DNA of 64,000 nt from NCBI GenBank assembly GCA_973895155.1, contig OZ316895.1, positions 7,676,184-7,740,183 on the forward strand, given 5' to 3'. The notes under the pieces were generated by a model. It searched no databases. It had not been told where the DNA came from and worked only from the letters and a program-made list of their open reading frames with translations. How positions within the stretch are numbered: the first letter of the stretch is position 1; every line of letters starts with the position of its first letter. The position numbers and the translations under genes are program-made. The stretch is from Marsupella aquatica (Eukaryota; Plantae; Marchantiophyta). Positions 21,764 to 33,867 of this stretch are shown here, one piece after another.

Positions 21764-24700
21764 TCATTTTGGAGTGTATTTTCTTAAGCATCTTTTGATG
21801 CATTTGTATCATGAAGTGGGAGATAGATTGCCACTCTCTTCTATCCTGAATTGATACAATCATGATTTGTGGTCAGTCAAACTTCTATCATTGTAATCTT
21901 ATTTCCCTAAGCAATGAAATTCAAATCCATTTTTTTATACTCAGTACTTACTTGTGAATACATTTATTGACACAACAAAAGGTGGTTCCTTCTAAAAAAT
22001 GTTTTCACAGTATGAGTAAACTAATTCCCTTGACTTACCCCAATGGCCAGCTCACATGAGTGAGATGTAGTCATAACAATTACCATGTATACAATAATTT
22101 GGGCGTTCACCACTTTACCATGAAAATCAAAATTTTCAAACACTGAAATTTTAAGAGTGCTCCTCATATTTCAGAAATGAAAAGATTTGAAATTGATGTC
22201 ACAAAAGGGTATTAACCGCTGTATTAACCATTGTATTCAGAAAAATATAAACCACAATATATTGGAGACAGATCGAGTCATATCACTATGTTCCTAGTTT
22301 AAGAATGTCTTCACTGTAAATCCGGTTCCAGGGGAAACAAGTAAGATATTGATTGTTAAGTGTTGTTATCAAGTCCAATTTGATATTAAGATTAACAACA
22401 TACTTGTCGATGCATTATGATAATCATTTATTAGTGAAGAAAAGAGCTGCAATCAAATTTTGACTAAACGTCTGATTGCATTCTACACACACATATTTTG
22501 TTCAATTCAAGATGCTATCTATTTTATAAATATTGTCTTCTCTTAGCTTACATTATTTTCAAGTTTTGGTGCTTGGAAGAGACTACATCAGTGGTTGCAA
22601 ATTTTGAGTAGATACTCTAATAATTTATAATTTTCTAGTTTAGCACAGAGTAATTTAGGGTAGATTTCATTAATTGTTGTCACTCATTTTCGTATATGCA
22701 TATGTTTCTCAAAATACCAACCGGGAAAGGACACTCCTTGCCATCATGCAGCTCTACCATTTTGAACCTTGCCTATCATGTAGGTTTGAGTACAAGTTCC
22801 AGCTTGGAATTAAAATCTTGCTAACCCAACCTAAAAAAATACATGTTTGCCATATGAAGCATCCAATGTTGATATTTTTTTGAGTTCCACATTGTTTGCT
22901 ATTCTTGTAAGTGTTCTCAATTGGTTGGTTCAAGGATTCAGGTTTAGATACCCAAATGATTTTTTTTCAAAATACTTGAAAGTACTGAAGCAACAACAAC
23001 TCTTGCTTCCAAGTTGATGGATTCAACTGAAGAGTTGAATACAAGTACTAATGAGGTTGGTTGGCTCTTTTGTCCAGGATACTGAGAGAGCCAATTGTAT
23101 TGACATTTACCAAATGTAAAGGGTTTCCAAAATCATGTTCAGCTATAATATGTGACTAGTATATAAGCTGATCACCTTAGAAAATGTAAAATTCAAGGCA
23201 GTTGGTGAAGACAATTAGATGCATTAAGAGATTTTACACTGACCTTGTCAACAACTGAAAGGGGCCACCGTGTAGCTCTTTGCCAACTCTTCATCTTCTT
23301 CTTTGTCACTCATGTTTAAGTATTGATGTATTGTAACACATTCTCAGATCCTATGATACGAGATATGTAGCATGGAGCAAATGCCACATTCCATGCTACA
23401 TTTGTCTCTGTTTAGCAATAATCCCACATTCTTATCAACAACACCATTCATGCAAAGAATGCGAGGTTTTGTCACTTATCATTACCATATCTGATAGATA
23501 AAAAGAGAACACTTTTGATGATCTTAACAGGCATGACAAATATTGTTCTCAATCTAAGGGTGAATCTTGAATTCTTGTTGTCAGAAACTTCTCAACAATC
23601 TAAAATTTTATGTGTCAATTTTTGGTTTCAATGTAGCTAACAGCAAGACTGAAAGATTGAGATTGATGACCTAGCTGACAACCCCTCACATGCCATCCAA
23701 GGCGGAGAATGTAGGTCATTGAAAAATCTTGCTAGATTGAAGAATAAAAAAATTGGGAGGGAAAATTGAATCATAATCTAGTAGCAGAGAGCCAATTTTT
23801 TTTATAAAGCTATGAGATTCCAAAAGGCAAAAACTGTTCATGCCAAGGACAGTTCCAAGTAGAGGATACCAACAACAGTAGAGGACATAATTCTTAGATA
23901 TCTTGAATATGAGTGAATAGGGTCCTTTATTTCACCTTTGTGAACTATAGTGACTTTTATGTATAGCTGTTGGGTTTTCTCAACAAGCACATGCCACTAT
24001 TAGCAGGCTGGTTTCAGACAGAAGCACTAATCCACACCCCTTACAAGAGCCCTAAGTTTAAGTATGATGTTTTAGAAGGAGCTACCACATCAATTGGATT
24101 ATCTAGAGTTGTCTTAGTCATTATTGAAACACTTCTGGTTAGTGGCAATAATTCTGTAGAAATGATAAACTAATCAACCCCAAGATATTGAATGCTTGAT
24201 TTATTGAGTCATGGACATTATCTGTATTTGTTAAAGGATACAGGAAGAGTGATCTCATTGATTTGTATGTGTGTATACCTGTATTGTTAACAAAATGGAG
24301 GAAAATTGATGATACTGACACAATTCATTGTTCACAATTTCTTTAGGACTTGGACCTGAGACTTGCAGGTCCCAAATCCCAATCCCATGGCCACTTGAGC
24401 TAGACCATAACGTTGCATATTGATTAGTTTTTTCATAAAATACCATTTTATAATAAACAAAAACAAAAGTAATCTATGTGGCACACACACAGAAACCAAG
24501 GTTTACAAGTTTACACAGCCAGATGATTACATGACAACACATCTATAAGACTGGTGAAACAAACTTGTATCTAAGAATGGTAATCCATAAACCTGATAAT
24601 ACTACCAAGTTCTACCAAGTATGCATTAAAAGCTTAAATACTGTGCTAACTTACTATGAACAGAAACCAATGACAATGTTAGTGAAAAAAAGTGATAATC

Positions 24701-24825
24701 TAGGGTTAAATTAAGCAAAAAGAGTTGCCAGCAAATAGATCTAACAATGTAACCCAACAGTGTCAGAATGTAAATTACTTTGTGGACCTTTACTTATGCA
24801 TGCTTTAATAATTATCACAAAACTT

Positions 24826-24982
24826 CACTGTACACCATAATTAGTGTTATAATGCAAGAATTAATGTTAATACAAAATTAGTGTTACTGACACCAATTTT
24901 TGGTAGAAGTGATTTTGAGTCCAAGTAACAGATTTGTTTTTGGTTTTTCAGAATAGTTTTTTCCACTTTTGTTTAAATAGCT
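24826..24982 (+). mobile_element. Truncated copy of the 996-1362 MITE (left end only)
   Basis: CACTGTACACCATAATTAGTGTTAT...GCAAGAATTAATGTTAATACAAAATTAGTGTTA...TTTTGAGTCCAAGTAACA parallels 996-1081. I did not find a right TIR. Confidence 0.7.
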
Positions 24983-25888
24983 CGGATTGGAGCAGACATA
25001 TTAAAAAATAGTGTACTTCAATTATAATTTGTATATATACATTTTTCCCATAGTAGGCATCACCAAAGATGAAATAATGATAGTTGCTGGTATGAATGAA
25101 AAACATGTTATATTTTTGAAGTTATTTTAGATGGCTAAAATATATTGTAAGCTTTGTTATAATATCTAGTGTGATTAAAGTATGCTAGACAGATGCACCA
25201 AACTAGAATCCTGTGATTGCTACAGTGCAATAGAACCCTGCTGCTGAGAACATTCTGCCACACCTTCACACTATTGCTAGAGTGCAATATTACTCTCAAA
25301 TAATCTCAAGAGCACAGTAGTGTGTAAGTTGTCAGTAAGAGGAGCTAGGAGGACCACCAAAGGACAAGATGAGCTGGTGGTGGTGAGGATCATGGGGAGT
25401 GCACAACTTCATCAATTGTCGGATATTTTGCGCTCAGTCTCTACGAGTCTCAGCTGAGTAGCTGCAACAGGGGCTTTGCACCTCTATGCATCTCAACTGG
25501 GCAGCCAAGATAGGCTTACTGACCAAACCCCTAGCCTCCCCACCCCCCCAAAAAACCAAAGTTCTTGACAAAGATTACAATTTTTTTTAGTGAAATTTTG
25601 TGTCCATGTCGTGTCTCAGTTGACCTCACCAAGATGGGTGTCTATACTGTATGGCCATACCTAGTGAAAAAATAAAAAAATTCCCTAATTTTTTTGTGAT
25701 GTTGGATTTTCCTGCAACCTCTCTCAGCTGACGTGACGATTGATATTAGGTTGACTGATGTTCTTGACTTATAACTGGTGAGTTTACTATACCCGGATCA
25801 TGGGCAACAAACAATAGGAGATGAACTCAAAACAAAACTAAAAGGATTGCCCCCTCCTCACCAATCCAATTGCCAAAGGGCACACACG

Positions 25889-25893
<5 letters not shown>

Positions 25894-25925
<32 letters not shown>
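25894..25925. repeat. (AG)16 microsatellite upstream of NTAQ1
   Basis: Read directly; about 325 bp upstream of the NTAQ1 ATG. Confidence 0.95.
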
Positions 25926-25928
<3 letters not shown>

Positions 25929-26249
25929 TTGAATTCACCTGAAAGTGAGTTTGACCCAATCGGTTACATTATTGGGCAGAAGGAAAATTGTCCTGCGTTA
26001 TGACCCAATTCGTCTTCCCAAATGTGCTGCCAGGATGAGGAGTAATGGGATGAACAATCGTGCAGAGTGTTTGTTTGGATCCAAAACCATGCTACTCGCC
26101 AGGGCCTGAAAGGAATCGATGAAGCCAACCAAAAGTGGAGATTGGTGGAGACTGAATGAGTAGGAGAGAGTGGAGCGTGAGGCCTGATCCAAATTGACTC
26201 GAAGAAGGGAAGCGGAGCCTTGTGCAGAGATTGTTGACCGACAGGGCAG

Positions 26250-27959
26250 ATGGTTACGACTGTAACGGAAGCGGAGAAAGACCTCTTTCTGAAAGATGTG
26301 TCCAACTTTCAGTATACCTCGTGCTACTGGTACCATTCCTACCTTGACAATCCTCCTCTCATGTCTACCTTCATCTGATTCCGGTCGCTGCGTTGAAATC
26401 TCTGGCAGCGCAGCATTGCAAGCCTGTACCGTAGTTCAACATCATGTTTGGGATTTCTTCCTACTGCTCGTGTTCGACGTCTGAGCTGCCAATGGAAGCG
26501 AAAGGGCGAACAAAGCATCTTGAGTCAGAGGTGTGGCTGAATTGGGCTCTACGCTTTGTGCAGCGAGGAGAATATTTACCACCTTTGTAAGACATTGAGC
26601 GAGCAGGGCCTGGCTGCCAAGGACGCCTCCGATCTCTTCGTTGTTTTCATTTCCAATCCGATCCAGCAGGTCTTCTTCTTCTTAACTCAGTTTGTGAAGG
26701 GCAGGATGTGTTTCGGTCAGGAGCAGTTTGTCTTCAAGCTTCAGCGTTGGAGTTCGTCAAGTCAGATTTTCATTGACTCCCCTTTTGGTGGACATGTATT
26801 CAGAACTTAATGCTGAAATGTTGGTTGCATTCCAGGTCCCATTTTGGCAGCAAAGGAACAGTTCAGGAGCAGACGGCTATTGTTTGTGGGATTATCACGT
26901 CATCTGTATCCAGGTTCGCCACCATAGATGAAAATATTGTCGAAAACTTTTGCCCACTTTATGTGTGCAACATCACTCACTGAAAACTAGACAGGGGTTC
27001 ACGAGGAATACTTTCGGTGCCCAGCATTGCAGGTTCGCCAAAGCAAATAATCCTAGGTTTCCTTTCTTATGGCGTACTTTTACTTGCAGAAAGATTCACA
27101 GTCAGATGAATCTCGAGTTTGGGACCTGGACACTACCCTATCCCTCCCTGTTGCTCTGAGCAAGTATTTCAAAGGAGCACTCCGGCCGGAAGTGTCTCTA
27201 GAGCCAAAATTTCGCAGGTGGGTGTTGGCATCCATCCCACTCTTTCTTCTCTAATCTATGTTTCCAGTAATTATGAAATCAACTACTATTTGAATGTATG
27301 TTAGTCGAATCATGAGTAATGGGTTTGTGAGAAGAGACATGAAGTGTAATTATTGGCTCTTGCTGGCAGGTTGTTTAGGGTAATCAGAGCTTCCCTCTTC
27401 TTGAGATTTTTTGCATCCGACAGAAGACACATGAAGAACAGAGAAGGACTTTGGTTGGCTGCACCACCATCCTACAACTGCCTTGTTGCCGAAGGTATGT
27501 CATTTAATCTTCATTTTGTTAATCAGAAAGCAATGAAATAACAAATTGTCTACTGATTGCAAGCCTAGTTCTCATTGATGTGCTGGTGGGAGAACTTTCA
27601 TGGATTGCGTGCTAGACCCACTCAGAGATATCACCCGTCGTGTTTCACGCAAATCAAGTAACTGGTGTGGTTCGTATCTTACTCTTAAAATTGAAAGAAT
27701 CCAGATGTACAGTTTCAAATTCTACTGTAGGTGGTGGACATTAACATTGCTTTACCGTGGTCCAGATGGAGAAGTACATAATCTACCGGTGTACAATACT
27801 ATTTTGGAAGAACAAGTGCTGCCCAATACAGATTTGACGCTTGATAGATTTCAAGGAGAAAAGTTTGGAGTTGTGTTATCGCAAGATGCTTTGCTAGAAT
27901 TGTTTCGTGGCGCAAGGACTCGATCAATCTCAGTGAGTTCACCTTTGACAGTCACTTAG
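26250..27959 (+). CDS. NTAQ1: Protein N-terminal glutamine amidohydrolase (N-degron pathway), ~236 aa, 6 exons
   Basis: Exons 26250-26329, 26564-26669, 26836-26913, 27090-27217, 27370-27494, 27766-27959, all GT-AG and in frame (711 nt). Motifs: [17 protein letters not shown] (catalytic Cys), VFISN, VPFWQQ, WDYHVIC (His), VWDLDTTL (Asp), [14 protein letters not shown]. Confidence 0.95.
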
Positions 27960-28525
27960 TTGCTGCAGTATCTCACGAAAAGATAAAATCCCCTTAGAAA
28001 TGTGATTTGCAAAATCTATTTCGCAATACTGGTAATACTTCAAGACGAGCGACGTTCCAACCGCCTCTACAATGCACTCAACCCTATACTGCTTCGAACC
28101 TCTTTGCATTATACCAGCCCAGTATAATGTATCCTATTCACAGTTCATGACGATTACACGTTTGCTGAGTTTTGGAATCATGAAGTATGGCCCACCCCAG
28201 TGCACAGCCGTTTCGTTCACACATTTATTTGACATCCCCAGACCTCTTACATCTGAAATGCATTTCACTGTGTTATAGTTCTCAGCGACAAATTGAGCCA
28301 GGTACAATGGGATATCTTTGAATGGGCATTAGGGCGGTGAAAGTTCTCCGTTAACCAAAGCGTTCTCTTTTAACCAAAGTGTTAGTGCTTAATTTTTTGG
28401 GACGTATCATCCTTATGGGGTATGCATTTTGGTAGCTCATAACGATTTTGTCCTGGCTGTAACAACGTTTTATATCCTGAGCACGTTTTATGCCCTGAGC
28501 TGTAACTGAGTTGCAGCTGTGCTTT

Positions 28526-28609
28526 GACTCGCCCTATTAGATCATTGGCTCAAGACTATTCACAAGACTCGCCCTATTACATCATTTATTGGCTCAAGAC
28601 TATTCACAA
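28526..28609. repeat. ~40 bp tandem duplication
   Basis: GACTCGCCCTATTA.ATCATT(TATT)GGCTCAAGACTATTCACAA occurs twice. Confidence 0.85.
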
Positions 28610-29603
28610 GTGACAGCAGTTGCAGTGGGATTGCTAGTTTACTCTAGGAAGTGTTGGGATGCTCCATTGTTCGAATTTGTGTTTAAATGTCCTGCATCTC
28701 TTGTATTAACTCCGAAGCTGTCAGATTACCGAAATAAGAGACTGAAGTCCATAGTCAACGGGTAGTTATGATCACAGCATCCAAGGTAAAATCTCATTCT
28801 ATCTTGAAGAGGGTAGTAAAGCAATTATGGTAAATGGCTTCTTTAAAAGAAACGTTAACTCCGTTCGTGGTGGCTGCCCTGTCTGACCTCATGCAGTATA
28901 CTCAGAGGCGTTCTCGAAGAAATCTACTTTGCCAGTGGCAGCGAACAGTGTGATATTTGATATAATTATAGACTCCTGGAAGAACACCATATAGTAGGGA
29001 GGAAAACGCCGACGCTACTCTTTAGTGTACTTAATGCATAAAGGGTAAAACAGCGCTTTTACAAAACTTTTACACGCTAGCCTACAACTACAACTACTCT
29101 CTGTCGATAAATTACATTAAGGTGGGTGGTGACATCTCTCCCCCAAAATGGCCGATTCCCATTTGACGAACGAAGGCAGCATGCAATAAAGGGTACAAGT
29201 TCAACACAAATTACAACAGGTAAAAAAGTTTAGCCAAACTGTTTCACATTATAGATTATGGAACCACTAGATTGAAATCTCACTGAAGGATCTCGTTGTC
29301 ACCTGCTGTCCTTGGAAATCCATTGGAGTAGAGTCGGATATCCCAAACGGAAATCTCTTTCAAACCTCGCTCTAGAGTCCACTGTCATCTTGCTTAACTT
29401 GCTGACAAGAACATCAAGATGCTCTAGCGAAGTCCACTTGGATAGACTTGAATTCCACGATGAAAATGCACTCTGTGCAAGCTGATTAAATCCTTGGTTT
29501 CAAGCACAGTCAAATCCTCGCGGTAGACTTTTTAAGGTACTCAATAGGTGGTCTTGCCATTGTTACAAAATGCCGGCTTTCAGGCAAATGGTACTGACAT
29601 GCA

Positions 29604-29779
29604 ATGGAAGTGGCAAGAAGGTGAACTTTCTACTGATGACATGCGACAGATTCGATGACACTATCTTCAACTCTGTCTTTGAGCTTCCTGTCATGGAAGT
29701 GGCAAGAAGGTGAACTTTCTACTGATGACATGTGACAGATTCGATGACATTATCTTCAACTCTGTCTTTGAGTTTCCTG
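29604..29779. repeat. 89 bp tandem duplication
   Basis: ATGGAAGTGGCAAGAAGGTGAACTTTCTACTGATGACATG.GACAGATTCGATGACA.TATCTTCAACTCTGTCTTTGAG.TTCCTG starts at 29604 and at 29693. Confidence 0.9.
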
Positions 29780-32700
29780 GCATGTCAGTTTAGCTTATTG
29801 CCAGGAGGAGGTTTACTCACGGAGATACTTTGATTCCTCTACCCATCAAGAAGCTTTGGAAGACAGGTGATAATATAACTCGTAGATGTGCTCTAAGCAA
29901 CCTATGTGCCAACAATCTATTATAGCGAATTATCTTCTAAGATCGTATCGTACTCTTCTCAATCTGAAGCAAAACACAAAGTGTGTTAAGGTCCATGATT
30001 CACCAGGACTTGCGACTCAAAGATGGGTTATCATGCCTCTCTGATTGCGAAACTCGAACATAAAACGGAGAATGCTGCACCAGATTGGAAATTTGCATGA
30101 CGCAAAGTGAGTGAAACTTTTCAGAAAATGGAGCACGGAACAGATCGAGACAACTCTCTGACCAGTACGTAGATACATTCTGAGGATAATATCTGATGAG
30201 CAGATGTGACATAAATGAACATACCTTCGACAAGTGTGCTGTGGTTAGGTGCTCCCGAAGGTAGCAGAAGTGCTCTGCTCCTTATCAGTCTTCTGTTGGA
30301 CGCGAAAAATCACAAGAAAGAGCGGACTAAACCGACACATGTCCGTTATCAAATCTCTAGACAAAATTGTTTCAGTACAGAACCGATTGTTATGCCGCAA
30401 ATGTGGTACAGATTCTCAGTGTCTGCCTTGCGAAAACCCGTGTCCGCGTATTTCATCCCGGGCCTAGCTATGTCAGCTATTCGGGTCTGTCTTGGACAGC
30501 CACGCTATGGTTGTCTGGAGTGAAGCCCCTGAATCAGGTTGCATAATTATACATCGTGCTCCAGTGGAACTGTCAGAGGGATTCGCTGCTGTTGACGGGC
30601 AATTAATTACGATGGATGTCTTGCTTTCCTCTTTGGCCGTGGCCTCTAGCTGCCGCTAAACACGAAACTCAATTCCAGGCAGCGTTCATTCCTCCACAAG
30701 ACCAGGCTCAAAAGTTGAAGATGCTCAGTTCCTGCGTGGGTGATCGAGCGAATGTTTCAAGAATGGGATCTTGGGGAACGTAGAGAAACAGATTTGTGGA
30801 TGAGAGGAACTCGATCGCAAGTTTCACTTACTGGAGCTTTTCGGGAACACTAACCTTCTCCAGTGCGTGATCCAAACCTTCTTCTGCCCTTTACAACCTG
30901 GTCCTTGGCAAACCATCGTACTTTCGGAGATTCGCGTTAATGTCAGCAGCCTGCATCATGTGACATTTGCAGTCAAAACTTGCCTGCGTACCACCCCCAA
31001 CCGAAGTGTCAAAAGTCGGTTAATAATCTTATTATCCAGGTATACCTCCTCTCGCAATGAAATGGACCCAAAGTTTCCCCTTACCTTCAATATCGAACCT
31101 TCAGTGATGTAATTTTTAAGATGATTTCATCCTATGCTTTCTGGCGGGTGAAGTTTGTCGTCAAAAGGAAATTTCAGACCGCCCTTTAACTGTGCATGGT
31201 TGGAATTCGTTGTTGCGTTTGTGCTGCTCGTACCTACATTTGAGCATACGAGCCTGAATGACCGTTCTTTGAAGAGAATGTTAATAGAAATGATGACCAA
31301 AATCATCATGTATGATCATCATTTTGACATACAAAACATACACTATGACATTGACAGTAAAATGAATCCCTCCAACTATCTACTTTTACAAGGGACAAGA
31401 GTCGGTTGTCATTCAGGACTACTAAGATACAAATGCTACAGCCCTTCACAGTCCGTGCTGAATGAATGCACATGTGAAGTTTTTCGTCCTTATCTCTGAG
31501 ATAAGTTGTACGAGCCATCAATTTGGCTCATTTGTGCTACAGTCACACCCTGCTAGCGAATCTCATTTTAATGAAGTGCAATACCCAGGGCGAAATTGAG
31601 CTCGGTCCAGCTGGGAATCTTGGAAGTGTTCTTATGCCGTTCACCAGCTTGAGAATGTTTCAAGTGTTAAAGAAAATATTCCGGGGAAGAAATTATCAAG
31701 TGCAAACATATCAGAGAGTATATTCCAAAGAGAGATTCTAACAGGCTGCCTGAAAATGATTAATTAACCATCACCAAACTGTACTTCTGACTCAGCGACC
31801 TGCACCTTGAATGAAATGCTATATTTCCCACCTGGACATTTGTGGTATGCCACAAATGTCCAGGACAACAGATTTGAAAGTCTCGATATTTGTCCACTCC
31901 TCTAGTCATTTTTCCACTTACAAACCCAGTAGATTCGATAATCTTGTCAATCCTCCGACTTGTCTACTCTGTCGATGCGAGAGTCTGGTCCTTTTGATAT
32001 TAAAACATTTCAAGGATGTTTTTGGTCAATTTCAGTATCTCAAGTAATGCATGCCCTCGTCATGTCACACACGTAAACATACTCCTACCACAATGAAAAT
32101 ACTCATCGGCTACAATATGATGTGGGTATTATTCCCTCCATAAAATAGGCTTGGATCATCCGGAGTATTTCAATAATTTCTAATTGCCAGCCCTTTTTTT
32201 CGTTAGAGGATCCCAAAGGTGAGTCTCACACGACAAACTTACAGCCATCCTTCGGCCTCTTGCGTTCCTGAACATGAATAAGGTTCGTCTGAATTTCTCA
32301 GTGGCAAAACTTACTGTCTCATCCGAAATTTATCCATTAAAGGAACCTATGATTGCTCCCTCGTGTAGGTCTGATCCTTTATTTTGGCCAAGTTTCAGAG
32401 TACAGAAAAGGTTCCCTCCACAGTCATGACACAGAGACCATTAATCCCAGACATCTCAATTTATGCATCATGGGCAGAACAGTCGAAAACCACGTCAGCT
32501 GTTGCAGGTAATTGTGTATTTTATCGATCTTGACGGTAGCTTCTCGATGTGGTGCTGTATACTGGTTTTCAAGATCTAATTCGATATGAGACTGAGATTG
32601 CTCTTCCACTCTTCTATTTGATTCAACATTTCTAGGATCATGTGTCAAACTGCGAAACCCAGAGTTATCATTTTGGGTGAACAATATTAGAGGCAAGGCC

Positions 32701-33867
32701 AGGTGCCTTCGTTGCCTGCGCAGCCTATTTTTGTCCTGCTTATTGTCAATAGTGAACACTTCACAGAATGAATTTATCTCTGAACAGTCGAAGTGCCCTA
32801 CGTCATAGTAATTCATCTCTGGGAATGCGGTACTGCCACTTCAGTATTCTCAAGATTTGCCACCCCGATGTACGACGATGTTGGTCCAATTGCTTCTTCC
32901 TTTTCATACGCTCCTGCCTGTAAGATATCATACATTTTTCTAAGCTTTAAGAAAAATTCCAGCTGAACTATCCTCTATAAAAGACTGGTAATGTTTACCT
33001 GTATGAATCAAATTGGGGAAAAAGGGAGGACACGGCAGGCAGGCACTAAAGTTCGCCCCGACTTTCATTCTCGACCTTTCATCTTCGATCTACATGTCTA
33101 GGAACTGACAACTAAAAGCACAGATTAAGGACTGACACGTGAAACTTGAGAACGACATCAGCTCGGTTCTGAACTTGTTTTCAGTCATGAAAGCAAATCT
33201 GAAGTTCATTAAAAAGCACAATACACGAAATAGGACTCATGCTGTCATCGGAATGGATTGACTTACAATCATACGAAATTATTTGCCATAGTGGTGACTC
33301 CAGAAACAATCCGAGGAAGTCGTTCAACCCACGTGCTGAAGCGGGCCTTTGGCTGCTGTTGCTGAAGCACATATTGATGAGGTACGTCCCCTTATCAATT
33401 TATTGAAAGGATCCAGTACAATCGTATAGCTGGACAAATTATCTCTTTCAGTCCAGCCCTGGGTCGGCAAACCCAGCGATGATACACCTCCGCCACCTGA
33501 TCTAACCACCTCTATGATTTTCAGACATGAGTTCGAACCATTTTGTTCTTACAGTTAACAAAACCTGTGATTCATACATCGTCTGTATTTTCCAACTTGA
33601 CATGAAGCTCCGACCTCTTTCAAAGTGTTTAGAAATGCACGCGCGTAGGGAACACAATTTCGCAAGAGATGACTGGAAGTGTGAAAGAGACATCCCAGCT
33701 GCCAAGGGTGACTTGATGCGACTGGAATGTCATCTAACTGCAGAAAAGGTGGCGGAACCTTTCTAGAGTCAGAGGCTAAGAAGACACGAACCTCCATGCC
33801 ATTTTCCATAATGGCTACGGTTCCGCAATCGCAAGAGCGACAATGTTGTGTAGGGGCCGCAAGGGCA

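Noticed and set aside
22600-24450. Possible decayed gene or LINE upstream of the LecRK
   Set aside because: Only short broken frames, with no motif I could assign with confidence.
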